NCBI GenBank assembly: GCA_964483115.1
Contig: CAYZZF010000001.1
Span: 19,907-83,906, forward strand
Origin: an uncultured Gammaproteobacteria bacterium
GTDB taxonomy: Bacteria > Patescibacteriota > Microgenomatia > Levybacterales > UBA12049
Direction of reading: 5' to 3'
Length of the DNA stretch: 64,000 bases
Part shown: in pieces, positions 19,947 through 29,706 of the stretch
Numbering within the stretch: the first letter of the stretch is position 1
How the letters are laid out: each line of letters begins with the position of its first letter
Made by a program: the position numbers and the translations under genes
Notes under the pieces: generated by a model
The model's input: the letters and a program-made list of their open reading frames with translations, nothing else
Databases searched by the model: none
What the model was told of the DNA's origin: nothing

Positions 19947-20513
19947 ATGAATCAGAATCAGCCGAAAGAAGAAATAGAAAAACTTATTGCTAGGTACAAA
20001 CAACTAAAGTCTTCTGGGAAAGCCAAAAGCTACACAGAGGAAGCCACAAAAAAAGATTTCGTCCTTCCCTTATTTAAGCTTTTAGATTGGAAGGTGGAGG
20101 AAGATGAAGTATCCGCAGAAGAATATATTAAGTCGTCAGGAAAGGCAGATTGCGGTTTTTATCTGACTGATAGAATCCAGTTCTATTTAGAGACAAAACA
20201 GTTAAAAGCTGATTTAGATAAGGAAGAATATGCTAATCAAACAATTAGGTATTCCTTCAATAAGGGCGCTACTTGGGCAGTTCTAGCTAATTTTGAAAGC
20301 ATTAAAGTTTTTAATGCGCAAGGTCTTTTTAAATATTTAGGCGATAAATTATATTTTGAAATAAAGTATTATTCAGAGTATTAAGATCGTTTTGATCAGT
20401 TGTGGTTATTATCAAGGGAGTCATTCAGCAACGATATAATTGATAAAGAAGGTAAAAAAATAGGTAAAAAGATACAAAAAGTCCCAATAACAGAGCAGCT
20501 TTATATCAAGTAG
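19947..20513 (+). pseudogene. N-terminal remnant of a Type IIG/HsdR_N-like restriction-modification gene
   Basis: EEATKKDFVLPLF, AD...LETK, QTIRYS motifs; in-frame TAA at 20382, then DRFDQLWLLSRESF continues to TAG 20513; no methylase domain. Confidence 0.75.
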
Positions 20514-20514
20514 T

Positions 20515-22854
20515 ATGTTTAAAAATTTTATTTTGAGGTTTTGGCCGGTTATTTTTATTTTTTTAATCTGGTTTATTTTTTCAAGTCCTTATTTTCTTAA
20601 AAATAGAGTCCCGTTCGCTTCGACTTATCAAGTTAATTTTTTTCCTCCTTGGAGCGCTTACCCCCAGTTTGCGGGTCCGGTTAAAAATAATGCAATGCCT
20701 GATGTTATTACTCAAATTTACCCATGGAAGCATTTTACAATAGAAACTTATAAACAAGGCCATATCCCTCTTTGGAATCCCTATAGTTTTTCAGGAACCC
20801 CACATCTTGCAAATTATCAGTCAGCAGTACTTTCCTCATTTAATTTATTGTTTTTTATAATGCCTTTTGTTGATGCATGGAGCATTCTTGTCCTTCTTCA
20901 ACCTCTTTTAGCTGGTATTTTTATGTATTTATTTACCAGAAGTCTTGAGAGGAGTAAATTTGCAAGCCTTATCGCATCTATCTCGTTTATGTTTTCTGGA
21001 TTTATTACTGTTTGGATGGGTTATGCGACTTTAGGATACGCCATTTTATTTTTACCTCTTTGCCTTTTTGCAATAGAAAAATATTATAAGACAGCCAAGT
21101 TCAAGTTCTTAATTCTACTTTCTATAACTATTCCCCTATCTTTCTTCAGCGGTCATTTCCAAATTAGCTTATATTTTTTAGCGACAATCTTTATTTACGT
21201 TATTTATAAATTTATCACTACTAAAAATATACATAATACTTTATATGTAATACTTTATACTTTTTTTGGTCTGCTTTTGGCAATGCCGCAGCTACTCCCA
21301 TCAATAGAGTTCTATTCTCAATCATTCAGAAGTAAATTATTCCAGATACAAGAAGCAATTCCTTGGCAATATATCCCAACATTTTTAGCTCCTGATTTTT
21401 TCGGCAACCCTGTTACTAGAAATGATTGGTTCGGACATTATGCCGAATGGAATGGTTATATAGGAGTTTTACCTATAATGCTTGCTTTTTATAGTATTTT
21501 AGGTAAAAAAAAAGTTCAAACACTTTTTTTATTCATTTTTGGCATTATCACCATTTTTTTGGCGTTTAATACACCCTTATTAAATCTTATCATAAATCTT
21601 CATATACCTGTTTTATCTACCAGTGCCGCAAGCAGAATTATAGTTATCTATAGTTTTCTTTTTACTACCTTGTCAGCTTTTGGGTTTGATCAACTTATTA
21701 AAGATATAAAATATGGAAATTTGAAGAAAATCATTATTTGGTTTGTTGCATTTTTATTAGTTTTTATAGTTTTATGGGCGATAGTTATTTTAAAATTATT
21801 TATACCGGCCGAACGAATTATCGTTGCTAGACAAAATCTTATTCTACCAACACTTATTTTTCTTGTTTCTTATTTCTTAATTTTTATCGGAGTTGTTTTT
21901 AGAAGATACAGTAAAAACTCCCTTTTTATATTGTCACTTTCTATAATTTTAATTTTTGTCGTTTCTTTTGATATGCTCAGATTTACGTTAAAATGGCAAG
22001 CTTTCGACCCTAAAAATTTAGTTTTTCCTGATGTTAAAACTACTAGGGAATTCTCTAAAATTTTAGGATACGAACGAGTGTTAGGCAATCTTGAAGGAGA
22101 AGATACTGTTTATTATAGCATTCCCTCTGTTGATGGATACGATGCTTTGTACATTAAAAGATATGGTGAATTTATAGCTTCGCTTGACAATGGAAAAATT
22201 AAAGAATCTTACCGTTCTGTAGTCGCTTTTCCAAAAAATGGTATATATACCCCAAAAGCAATTAACCTTTTAGGAATTAAATATATTATCCATAAGGTAG
22301 CCGATAATAATAAAGCTTGGGCTTTCCCGTTTGGGTCTTATCCAAAGGGAAACTTTAATCTTATTTATGATGACGGCAGGTATCAAATTTTTGAAAACAA
22401 AACTGTTTTTCCCCGCGTGTTTTTAGTAGGCGAGTATAAAGTTATTACAGACCCTCAAAAGATTATTGATACAATGTTTAGTGATAATTTTAATTTAAAG
22501 AAAGAAATTGTCTTAGAAAAAGACCCGGGTATTAAGAAAACAAAACAAGATATAGGCAGTGCAAATATTACCAATTACAGTCCAGATCAAATAGATATTG
22601 ATGTTGCCGTAAATAATCAAGGGCTGCTTTTTTTGTCTGATAGCTATTACAGAGACTGGAAAGCCGAGATTGATGGGGTAGATACACCGATTTATAGAGC
22701 TGATTATACTTTTAGAGCAATTAAGGTTCCTTCAGGAAAGCACATAATTAGATTTATTTATGACCCAAAGAGTTTTAGATTAGGAATCTATCTAGCAGTT
22801 TTGGGGATAATTCTTATTTTAGTACTAGTACCTAGGCATGATCCCAAAATTTAA
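20515..22854 (+). CDS. YfhO-family GT-C membrane protein
   Basis: PLWNPYSFSGTPHLANYQS, GHFQ, GYD, LLGIKYI, C-terminal YfhO domain. Confidence 0.85.
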   Translation: MFKNFILRFWPVIFIFLIWFIFSSPYFLKNRVPFASTYQVNFFPPWSAYPQFAGPVKNNAMPDVITQIYPWKHFTIETYKQGHIPLWNPYSFSGTPHLANYQSAVLSSFNLLFFIMPFVDAWSILVLLQPLLAGIFMYLFTRSLERSKFASLIASISFMFSGFITVWMGYATLGYAILFLPLCLFAIEKYYKTAKFKFLILLSITIPLSFFSGHFQISLYFLATIFIYVIYKFITTKNIHNTLYVILYTFFGLLLAMPQLLPSIEFYSQSFRSKLFQIQEAIPWQYIPTFLAPDFFGNPVTRNDWFGHYAEWNGYIGVLPIMLAFYSILGKKKVQTLFLFIFGIITIFLAFNTPLLNLIINLHIPVLSTSAASRIIVIYSFLFTTLSAFGFDQLIKDIKYGNLKKIIIWFVAFLLVFIVLWAIVILKLFIPAERIIVARQNLILPTLIFLVSYFLIFIGVVFRRYSKNSLFILSLSIILIFVVSFDMLRFTLKWQAFDPKNLVFPDVKTTREFSKILGYERVLGNLEGEDTVYYSIPSVDGYDALYIKRYGEFIASLDNGKIKESYRSVVAFPKNGIYTPKAINLLGIKYIIHKVADNNKAWAFPFGSYPKGNFNLIYDDGRYQIFENKTVFPRVFLVGEYKVITDPQKIIDTMFSDNFNLKKEIVLEKDPGIKKTKQDIGSANITNYSPDQIDIDVAVNNQGLLFLSDSYYRDWKAEIDGVDTPIYRADYTFRAIKVPSGKHIIRFIYDPKSFRLGIYLAVLGIILILVLVPRHDPKI
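21226..21260 (+). repeat. Heptamer array AATATAC/ATAATAC/TTTATAT/GTAATAC/TTTATAC
   Basis: 7-nt periodicity; encodes NIHNTLYVILYT. Confidence 0.7.
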
Positions 22855-23068
22855 GTTCTTCTAGTTTCATTTTCTTTTTTGCAAAAGCAAAAAGATAGAC
22901 AATTTCAAGCACCCCAATAGAATTAACAATTAAAAGTACAATAAACCAATTTCTTTGGTCTTGTTTTGATGACTTCCATAAAGCAAGACCTTTCCACAAA
23001 AGAGACCAGAGAAAAACAATAAAAATGGCCACTGGGGGAACTTGATTGAACTGACCAAAATAGTTCAT
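22832..23068 (-). CDS. DUF5652-like small membrane protein (78 aa)
   Basis: LWSLLWKGLALWKS..WFIVLL..N.IG.LEIVYL; ATG 23068 with upstream promoter. Confidence 0.8.
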   Translation of the reverse strand: MNYFGQFNQVPPVAIFIVFLWSLLWKGLALWKSSKQDQRNWFIVLLIVNSIGVLEIVYLFAFAKKKMKLEELKFWDHA

Positions 23069-23074
23069 GTTTAG

Positions 23075-23125
23075 AGAATAACATAGAGTAAAGAGCTTTG
23101 CAAGAGGTAGAAAAGTTGATAGAAT
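23075..23125. promoter_or_regulatory. Back-to-back promoters sharing palindromic -35 TTGCAA
   Basis: Plus: TTGCAA-N16-TAGAAT; minus: TTGCAA-N17-TATTCT; both have a TG extension. Confidence 0.55.
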
Positions 23126-23132
23126 TAAGACT

Positions 23133-24203
23133 ATGAAGATCGGGATTTTCGATCCATATCTTGATACATTAGGAGGCGGAGAAAAATATATATTTTCAAT
23201 TGTAAAATGCTTAGCAGAAAATAATGATGTTTTTATATTTTGGAAGGTAGATGATGAGCGTAAGATAAAAAGTAGAGCAGAAGAGCGTTTTGGTGTTGAC
23301 CTTTCCGGAATAAGATTTACAGATAATATCTTTGATAAAAATACTTCATTTATTAAGCGAATGTTAAGGACTAGAAATTTCGATGTCATTATATTTTTAA
23401 GCAATGGCAGCATTCCACTTCTACTGGCGAAGAAAAATATTTTGCTTTTTCAGTTTCCTGTGAATTGGGTAGATGGAAAAAAATTTCTAACCAGACTAAA
23501 GTTAAGAAAAATCAATAAAGTAATTTGTTATTCTAATTTTGTTAAAAATTATCTTGATAAGACTTTCTTAATTAATAGCTTGGTTTTGTCTCCTTATGTT
23601 GAAGAAATAGGTTTTAAATATTCAAAAAAAGAAAATATTATTTTGACAGTAGGACGTTTTACAAAATCTATAAATACAAAAAAACAAGAAGTTTTAATTG
23701 ATGCCTTTAAAAAAGTTTATAAAAAAGAATTTATCGGATGGAAGCTCTTTGTTATTGGTTCTGTTCTACCTGGTGATATTTCTTATGTGAAAGATTTAAA
23801 AAATAGAACAAGAGATTTTCCAATTGAGGTATTGGAAAATGTTTCAATATCAGAGATAAATAATTATTATAAAAGAGCCAAAATTTATTGGCATGCTTCA
23901 GGATTTGGCGAAAATTTGGAAAAGCATCCGGAGCGTGCTGAACATTTTGGAATATCAACCGTTGAGGCAATGATGGCAGGTTCTGTTCCTGTTGTGATAA
24001 AGGAAGGAGGACAGAAGGAAATTATTGATGATGGGGAAAATGGATTTTTGTGGAGTAGTTTGGACGAATTAATAAAAAAAACAAAATCATTAATGGAAGA
24101 TAGAAAGTTATGGATGAAGATGTCTGAGGAAGCAGTTAAAAAAGCAAAGACATTTAGTGAGGATAGATTTTGTAAAGAGCTCTCAAAACTTATCAATACT
24201 TGA
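23133..24203 (+). CDS. GT4 glycosyltransferase
   Basis: GGGEKY, VGRF, EHFGISTVEAM. Confidence 0.9.
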   Translation: MKIGIFDPYLDTLGGGEKYIFSIVKCLAENNDVFIFWKVDDERKIKSRAEERFGVDLSGIRFTDNIFDKNTSFIKRMLRTRNFDVIIFLSNGSIPLLLAKKNILLFQFPVNWVDGKKFLTRLKLRKINKVICYSNFVKNYLDKTFLINSLVLSPYVEEIGFKYSKKENIILTVGRFTKSINTKKQEVLIDAFKKVYKKEFIGWKLFVIGSVLPGDISYVKDLKNRTRDFPIEVLENVSISEINNYYKRAKIYWHASGFGENLEKHPERAEHFGISTVEAMMAGSVPVVIKEGGQKEIIDDGENGFLWSSLDELIKKTKSLMEDRKLWMKMSEEAVKKAKTFSEDRFCKELSKLINT

Positions 24204-24204
24204 T

Positions 24205-24231
24205 GTGTTAAGCTAATCCACCCTAAAGGTG
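24205..24231. repeat. Palindromic dispersed repeat copy B (intergenic)
   Basis: GTGTTAAGCTAATCCACCCTAAAGGTG. Confidence 0.85.
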
Positions 24232-24242
24232 GTTTGGTAGTT

Positions 24243-26558
24243 ATGAAGAAAAAATTACCGTATTTTTTAATTATAACAATTTCTATTTTATTTTTCTGGC
24301 AATTTATCTTTAAGGAGTTCTTACCTATTCCTTCGGACACCATTGTTGGACTTTATCATCCTTTTCGTGACTTTTACGCAAAAGATTATCCAAGAGGCAT
24401 TCCGTTTAAGAATTATTTAATTACAGATCCCGTAAGAGAACAGTATCCGTGGAGATATTTAACCATTAATATTGAAAAAAAAATTAATTTGCCGTTATGG
24501 AATCCATATAATTTTGCAGGAACACCGCTTCTTGCCAATTATCAATCTGGCGCATTTTATCCCTTAAATATACTGTTCTTCTTTATGTCATTTTATAAAG
24601 CATGGAGTATTCTTATATTTTTTGAGCCTCTTTTGGCAGGATTTTTTTTGTATCTCTATCTTGATAATTTAAGATTAAATAAATGGGCAAGCTTTTTTGG
24701 ATCGTTATCCTTGATGTTTTCTGGTTTTTTTGTTGCCTGGATGGAATGGGGAACTGTAATTAATACCGTACTGTGGTTGCCACTTATATTGCTATCGATA
24801 GATAAAATATTTAAAAATCAACAGATCTTAAATTTAAAATCTCAGATCTCAAAACTACAACTTAAATCTCAAAATCTAATAACTTGGAGTTTAATTTTCA
24901 TTTTTTCAATTAGTTCTTCTTTTTTGGCTGGGCATCTTCAAATTTTCTTTTACCTTTTTATTGTCACAACGCTATATATTCTTGCTCGGTGGTTGCAGCT
25001 ACAACAAAGAAATTCAAAATTTTTACTTATATTCTTAGTTTCTTATATTTTATTTTTTATATTGACTTCAATTCAATGGATTCCAACTTTTCAATTTATC
25101 CTTCGTTCAGCGCGAAATGTTGATCAGCTACCTTTCCAGAATTCTGGATGGTTTATTCCTTGGCAAAACCTTATTCAGTTTATTGCCCCTGATTTTTTTG
25201 GAAACCCTACGACTCTTAATTATTGGGGAATTTGGAACTATGGGGAATTCGTTGGCTATATAGGTATCTTACCTATTATTATGGCTCTATTTTCTTTATT
25301 TTTTCGTCATGATAGAAAAACTTTGTTTTTTGGAAGTATATTTTTTCTGTCTCTTATCTTTTCTCTTCCGACGATCTTTGCGAATCTTCCATTTTTACTT
25401 CAAATCCCCTTTATTGATACTGCACAGCCGACCAGACTCTTATTTATAACAGATTTTTCTCTTGCCGTTCTTGCGGCTTTTGGTTTTGATTATTTTCTAA
25501 GGACAAAAAGCAAAAAAGAGATCTTATATCCTTTAGGTTTTATAGCAATCTTTTTTTCACTTTTATGGGTCTTTGTTCTATTTGGAGTTTATATAACAAG
25601 GCTGGTTTCGCAAGAGAATTTATTTGTTGCAAAACACAATCTCATTTTACCTACAAGTATATTTTTGATGCTAAGCCTATTTATTTTCATATTGTCGTTT
25701 CTTAAAAAGCTCAGTAAAAATGTCATTCTAATAGTGTATATTATCATAGTGGGCTTGACTGTTTTCGATTTATTGAGATTTAGTTTTAAGTTTACCCCAT
25801 TTATAAAAAGACAATATCTTTTTCCAACTACAAAGACGCTTTCTTTTCTTGAAAAACAAAAAGGGAATTTTAGGATTATGACAACAGACTCAAAAATCCT
25901 GCCGCCCAATTTTTCTATTATGTACAATTTACAAAGTATTGATGGTTACGATCCTTTATATCTTAAAAGATATGCAGAACTTATTGCCGCATTAGAGAGA
26001 GGACGGCCCGATATAGCTCCACCTTTTGGATTTAACAGAATTATTACGCCGCATAATTATTCATCAAAAATTATAGATCTTTTAGGAGTGAAATATATAT
26101 TAAGTCTTTCTGATATTTCCTCAAGTAGCCTTGTTAAAATTTTTCAAGAAGGTCAGACAAAAGTCTATAAAAATTTAAACGCTTTACCCCGGTCATTCTT
26201 CGTTAATCAAGTTAGGTTAACAAAGAATAAGAATGAAACAATAGAAGAAATGTTTAGAAAAGATTTTGATCCGTTAGAAACAGCAATAGTCGAAAATTTC
26301 CAAAGTGTCCTATCTATTCCATTTCTAGGGTGGAATAGGGGGAAGGCAGAAATTACTAATTATTCTGAAAATGAAATTATAATTAGAACAGAAAATAAAG
26401 GTGAAGGGTTCTTGGTTTTAGTTGATAGTTATTATCCTACATGGCATGCATTTATCGATGGAAAAGAGACAAAAATTTTTTTAACTGACTATAATTTTAG
26501 AGGCATAATTGTTCCAGAAGGGAAACATCAGGTTGTTTTTTATAATTCATTATTATGA
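24243..26558 (+). CDS. YfhO-family GT-C membrane protein
   Basis: PLWNPYNFAGTPLLANYQS, GHLQ, DGYDPL, YYPTW; paralogue of 9287 and 20515. Confidence 0.85.
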   Translation: MKKKLPYFLIITISILFFWQFIFKEFLPIPSDTIVGLYHPFRDFYAKDYPRGIPFKNYLITDPVREQYPWRYLTINIEKKINLPLWNPYNFAGTPLLANYQSGAFYPLNILFFFMSFYKAWSILIFFEPLLAGFFLYLYLDNLRLNKWASFFGSLSLMFSGFFVAWMEWGTVINTVLWLPLILLSIDKIFKNQQILNLKSQISKLQLKSQNLITWSLIFIFSISSSFLAGHLQIFFYLFIVTTLYILARWLQLQQRNSKFLLIFLVSYILFFILTSIQWIPTFQFILRSARNVDQLPFQNSGWFIPWQNLIQFIAPDFFGNPTTLNYWGIWNYGEFVGYIGILPIIMALFSLFFRHDRKTLFFGSIFFLSLIFSLPTIFANLPFLLQIPFIDTAQPTRLLFITDFSLAVLAAFGFDYFLRTKSKKEILYPLGFIAIFFSLLWVFVLFGVYITRLVSQENLFVAKHNLILPTSIFLMLSLFIFILSFLKKLSKNVILIVYIIIVGLTVFDLLRFSFKFTPFIKRQYLFPTTKTLSFLEKQKGNFRIMTTDSKILPPNFSIMYNLQSIDGYDPLYLKRYAELIAALERGRPDIAPPFGFNRIITPHNYSSKIIDLLGVKYILSLSDISSSSLVKIFQEGQTKVYKNLNALPRSFFVNQVRLTKNKNETIEEMFRKDFDPLETAIVENFQSVLSIPFLGWNRGKAEITNYSENEIIIRTENKGEGFLVLVDSYYPTWHAFIDGKETKIFLTDYNFRGIIVPEGKHQVVFYNSLL
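24823..24878 (+). repeat. AAATCTC-family heptamer array with 6-nt phase break
   Basis: Encodes ILNLKSQISKLQLKSQNL. Confidence 0.85.
26305..26339. repeat. Palindromic dispersed repeat copy C (in frame)
   Basis: GTGTCCTATCTATTCCATTTCTAGGGTGGAATAGG; CTATTCCA/TGGAATAG stem. Confidence 0.55.
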
Positions 26559-27502
26559 ACGTAAGCATTATTATTCCAAATTATAATGGAGAAAAGCTTT
26601 TAAAGAAAAATTTGCCGGAGGTTTTTAAAGCAGCAGTTAATTATAAAAATGGGGAAGTAGAAATTATTTTTGTTGACGATGGCTCCATTGATAAAAGTAC
26701 AACTTTTATCAAATCTCAAATCTCAAAACTCAAGACTCAAAACTTCGAATTGAAACTTCTTAAAAACCAGAAAAATCTTGGGTTTTCATCGACGGTAAAT
26801 CATGGGGCAAGAGAAGCAAAAGGAGATATTTTGGTTTTGCTGAATACAGATGTTATTCCGGAGAAAAATTTCCTGGAGCCATTGATAGAGCATTTTAAAG
26901 ATAATGATGTATTTGCGGTTGGGTGCATGGATAAAAGTGTTGAGGACAATCAAGTCATTTTAAGAGGTAGAGGTATTGGAAAATGGCAAAGAGGATTTTT
27001 GGTTCATGAAAGGGGGGAGGTTAATAAAAACAATACTCTTTGGGTAAGTGGCGGGAGCGGAGCTTTTAGAAAATCAATTTGGGATAAGCTTTCTGGGCTT
27101 AATGAGCTTTATAATCCATTTTACTACGAAGATATTGATTTATCCTACAGGGCTCTTAAGTCAGGATATAAATTATTGTTTGAACCCGACAGCGTAGCTT
27201 TGCACGAACATCAAAAAGGTATAATAAGAAGAAAATATTCAAACTTTAAAGTAAAGACAATTGCATATAAAAATCAATTTATTTTTGTTTGGGAGAATGC
27301 TACAGATATTGATATTCAATTTTTACATTTTTTATGGTTACCATACCATTTTATTAAGGCTGTTATAAGATTAGATTGGGCCTTTTTTCTTGGTTTTTTT
27401 GAAGCTTTTATTTTACTGCCGAAGGTTATAAAATTTAGTTTTAAGGCGCAAAAATTATTTATTAAATCAGATAAGGAAGTGGTGAAAGAATTTGAAAAAT
27501 GA
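26555..27502 (+). CDS. GT2 (WbbL-like)
   Basis: IPNYNG, VDDGS, LLNTD, YYEDIDLSYR. Confidence 0.9.
   Translation: MNVSIIIPNYNGEKLLKKNLPEVFKAAVNYKNGEVEIIFVDDGSIDKSTTFIKSQISKLKTQNFELKLLKNQKNLGFSSTVNHGAREAKGDILVLLNTDVIPEKNFLEPLIEHFKDNDVFAVGCMDKSVEDNQVILRGRGIGKWQRGFLVHERGEVNKNNTLWVSGGSGAFRKSIWDKLSGLNELYNPFYYEDIDLSYRALKSGYKLLFEPDSVALHEHQKGIIRRKYSNFKVKTIAYKNQFIFVWENATDIDIQFLHFLWLPYHFIKAVIRLDWAFFLGFFEAFILLPKVIKFSFKAQKLFIKSDKEVVKEFEK
26709..26743 (+). repeat. Heptamer array TCAAATC/TCAAAAC x5
   Basis: Encodes KSQISKLKTQN. Confidence 0.9.
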
Positions 27503-28215
27503 AATTATCAATTATAATGCCTGTTTTTAATGAGGAGAAAACAATACGAGATATTCTTGGAAAAGTGGTTGCTGTAGATATCCAAGGTGTTAGCAAAGAA
27601 ATTATTGTTGTTGATGACGGATCGACTGATGCTAGCGCATCTCAAATCTCAAATCTCAAATCTCAAAACTTAAATTTTAAATTTATACAACATAAAAAAA
27701 ATATGGGGAAAGGAGCAGCTGTTAGGGCAGGAATTGAAAATTCGACAGGGGATTATATCATAATTCAAGATGCGGATTTGGAATATGAGCCAAATGATAT
27801 AAAAAAACTTATTGCGCCAGTTCAAAAGGGCCAAGCACAGGTTGTATATGGGACAAGACTTAATCGCCTGCCGAATTTTACAAGAGATGAGAGAACCTTT
27901 CTTTTTCTGCTGCACTATCTTGGTAACAGATTCTTAAGTCTTGTAACAAGCATTTTATACAGACAGTGGATTACCGATATGGAAACCTGCTATAAACTTT
28001 TTCCCAAAAAAGCTTTAGAGAAAGTAAAACTTAATTCTAGAAGATTTGATTTTGAACCGGAAATCACTTCTAAGTTACTTAAGAAAGAGTATAAAATTTT
28101 AGAAGTACCAATCGTAACTAAACCTAGGGGATACGATGAAGGGAAAAAACTTCACACAATAAGGGATGGATCTATAGCTTTATGGACATTAATAAAATAC
28201 AGATTTATCGATTAA
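27499..28215 (+). CDS. GT2, DPM1-like polyprenyl-phosphate glycosyltransferase
   Basis: QDADLEY, TDMETCYK, FDFEPEIT. Confidence 0.9.
   Translation: MKLSIIMPVFNEEKTIRDILGKVVAVDIQGVSKEIIVVDDGSTDASASQISNLKSQNLNFKFIQHKKNMGKGAAVRAGIENSTGDYIIIQDADLEYEPNDIKKLIAPVQKGQAQVVYGTRLNRLPNFTRDERTFLFLLHYLGNRFLSLVTSILYRQWITDMETCYKLFPKKALEKVKLNSRRFDFEPEITSKLLKKEYKILEVPIVTKPRGYDEGKKLHTIRDGSIALWTLIKYRFID
27639..27684 (+). repeat. Heptamer array (ATCTCAA)x4 plus degenerate units
   Basis: Encodes SQISNLKSQNLNFKF. Confidence 0.95.
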
Positions 28216-28218
28216 TTT

Positions 28219-29706
28219 ATGGAAAAGATTAGATCATTTATTAAGGAACATTGGTTTGGAATCTGCATTTTTTTAATTATCATTTTGGCTTCATTCCTTG
28301 ACTTTTATAATTATGACAGTCGCTGGGCATTGGCCCATGATCAGGCAAGGGATGCTATAGTTGCAAGGGAGGCTTTAAGGCAGCATAGAGTTCCAACACT
28401 TGGACCATTTTCACAAGCAGGTTCTTTTGTGATGGGTCCTTTATGGTATTGGGAAATAGGAGTGGCGACAGCTATTTATCCAAATGCCGTATTAACTCCA
28501 TGGATTATCCTAACTTTATCTTATATTGTATCTGTCTATTTGATGATTTTAATTGGGAAAGATTTAGGTGGAAAATGGCTGGGTTTGATTATTGGATTTT
28601 TTACTGCAATTTCCCCATCCCTAATTGCACAAAGCGGGAATTTAACAAATCCTTCGGGCGTTGCGATCTTTTCAGTGCTTTCTGTCTTGTTTGCTATTAA
28701 ATACATAAAAACTAAAAGAAATATTTATTTATTTTTAATTCCTTTTTTTGTATCCCTTGCTATAAATATTCATTTACAAGCAATAGGTTTGATAACGCTT
28801 ATACCAGTTGTTTTGATTGTTCAAAGACCCAATCTTAAAAGCATACCATTATTGCTTGCTGGATTTATTCTGCCCTTTGTACCTTTAATCATTTTTGACT
28901 TAAATCATAATTTTTATGACACAAGAGCTTTACTCGATTATTATTTTTTCGGTCAATATAAAATATATAATCCAAATAGATGGTTAACTTATGTTGGGCT
29001 ATATTGGCCTTCAGCCTGGGCATATGTTATTGGGGGGCAAAAGATACTGGGTTATTTTTCAATTGTACTTGTATCAGTAGTTACAGTCTATCTATTTTTA
29101 AAAAGAAAAATAGAGAAACCTTTGCTTTTTGTCATCCTAACTTTCCTTTTAATTTTTGTTATTTTACGGTACTATCGTGGGGTAAGGTTTGATAGTTATC
29201 TAATTTTTGCTCATCCCTTTGTGCTAATTTTGACAGGTTGGGCAACTTATAACTTAATTAAATTTAATAAAATATTAGGCCTTTTATTAGTTATACTATT
29301 AATAATAGGAAGCATGAAGATAAATTTATTAAATATTTTTAATAGTACTAATTATGCTTTAATCCAAGCAAAAGATTGGGAGAGAGTTTTGGCAAAAACT
29401 TATCCTGGTAAGAAATTCAAAATTTATGACTATAGACAAAAATATGGAAGTAATACACTGCCTTTAAGTCTTTATATGAGTTCAAAAAATAAAATAAGTG
29501 ACAATGGAATTAAAATAGGATTGGCAGTTGCAACATCAAGTTCTGACTTTGTCCATCCAGTTGTTTTTGGAGAGATAGGGCGATATCAATTATTTAATTT
29601 AGATAGTTCAACCAGCGGTGAGTTATCCAAAGAAGGATGGTTTCTCGTTAATCCAAGTACTGTCTATCAGGCAACCGAAGAGTGGTATTATGGTAAAAAA
29701 TTATGA
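28219..29706 (+). CDS. ArnT/PMT-like GT-C glycosyltransferase
   Basis: DQARD loop, LGP..GPLWYW, multi-TM. Confidence 0.75.
   Translation: MEKIRSFIKEHWFGICIFLIIILASFLDFYNYDSRWALAHDQARDAIVAREALRQHRVPTLGPFSQAGSFVMGPLWYWEIGVATAIYPNAVLTPWIILTLSYIVSVYLMILIGKDLGGKWLGLIIGFFTAISPSLIAQSGNLTNPSGVAIFSVLSVLFAIKYIKTKRNIYLFLIPFFVSLAINIHLQAIGLITLIPVVLIVQRPNLKSIPLLLAGFILPFVPLIIFDLNHNFYDTRALLDYYFFGQYKIYNPNRWLTYVGLYWPSAWAYVIGGQKILGYFSIVLVSVVTVYLFLKRKIEKPLLFVILTFLLIFVILRYYRGVRFDSYLIFAHPFVLILTGWATYNLIKFNKILGLLLVILLIIGSMKINLLNIFNSTNYALIQAKDWERVLAKTYPGKKFKIYDYRQKYGSNTLPLSLYMSSKNKISDNGIKIGLAVATSSSDFVHPVVFGEIGRYQLFNLDSSTSGELSKEGWFLVNPSTVYQATEEWYYGKKL

Noticed and set aside
23069-23413. 5' extension of the 193-aa minus-strand ORF
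   Set aside because: It is antisense to the GT4 gene; the family-like sequence and promoter support a start at 23068
25030-25062. Possible TTCTTA-type array in the YfhO gene
   Set aside because: Phase is inconsistent and T-rich TM codons can produce this pattern; not counted
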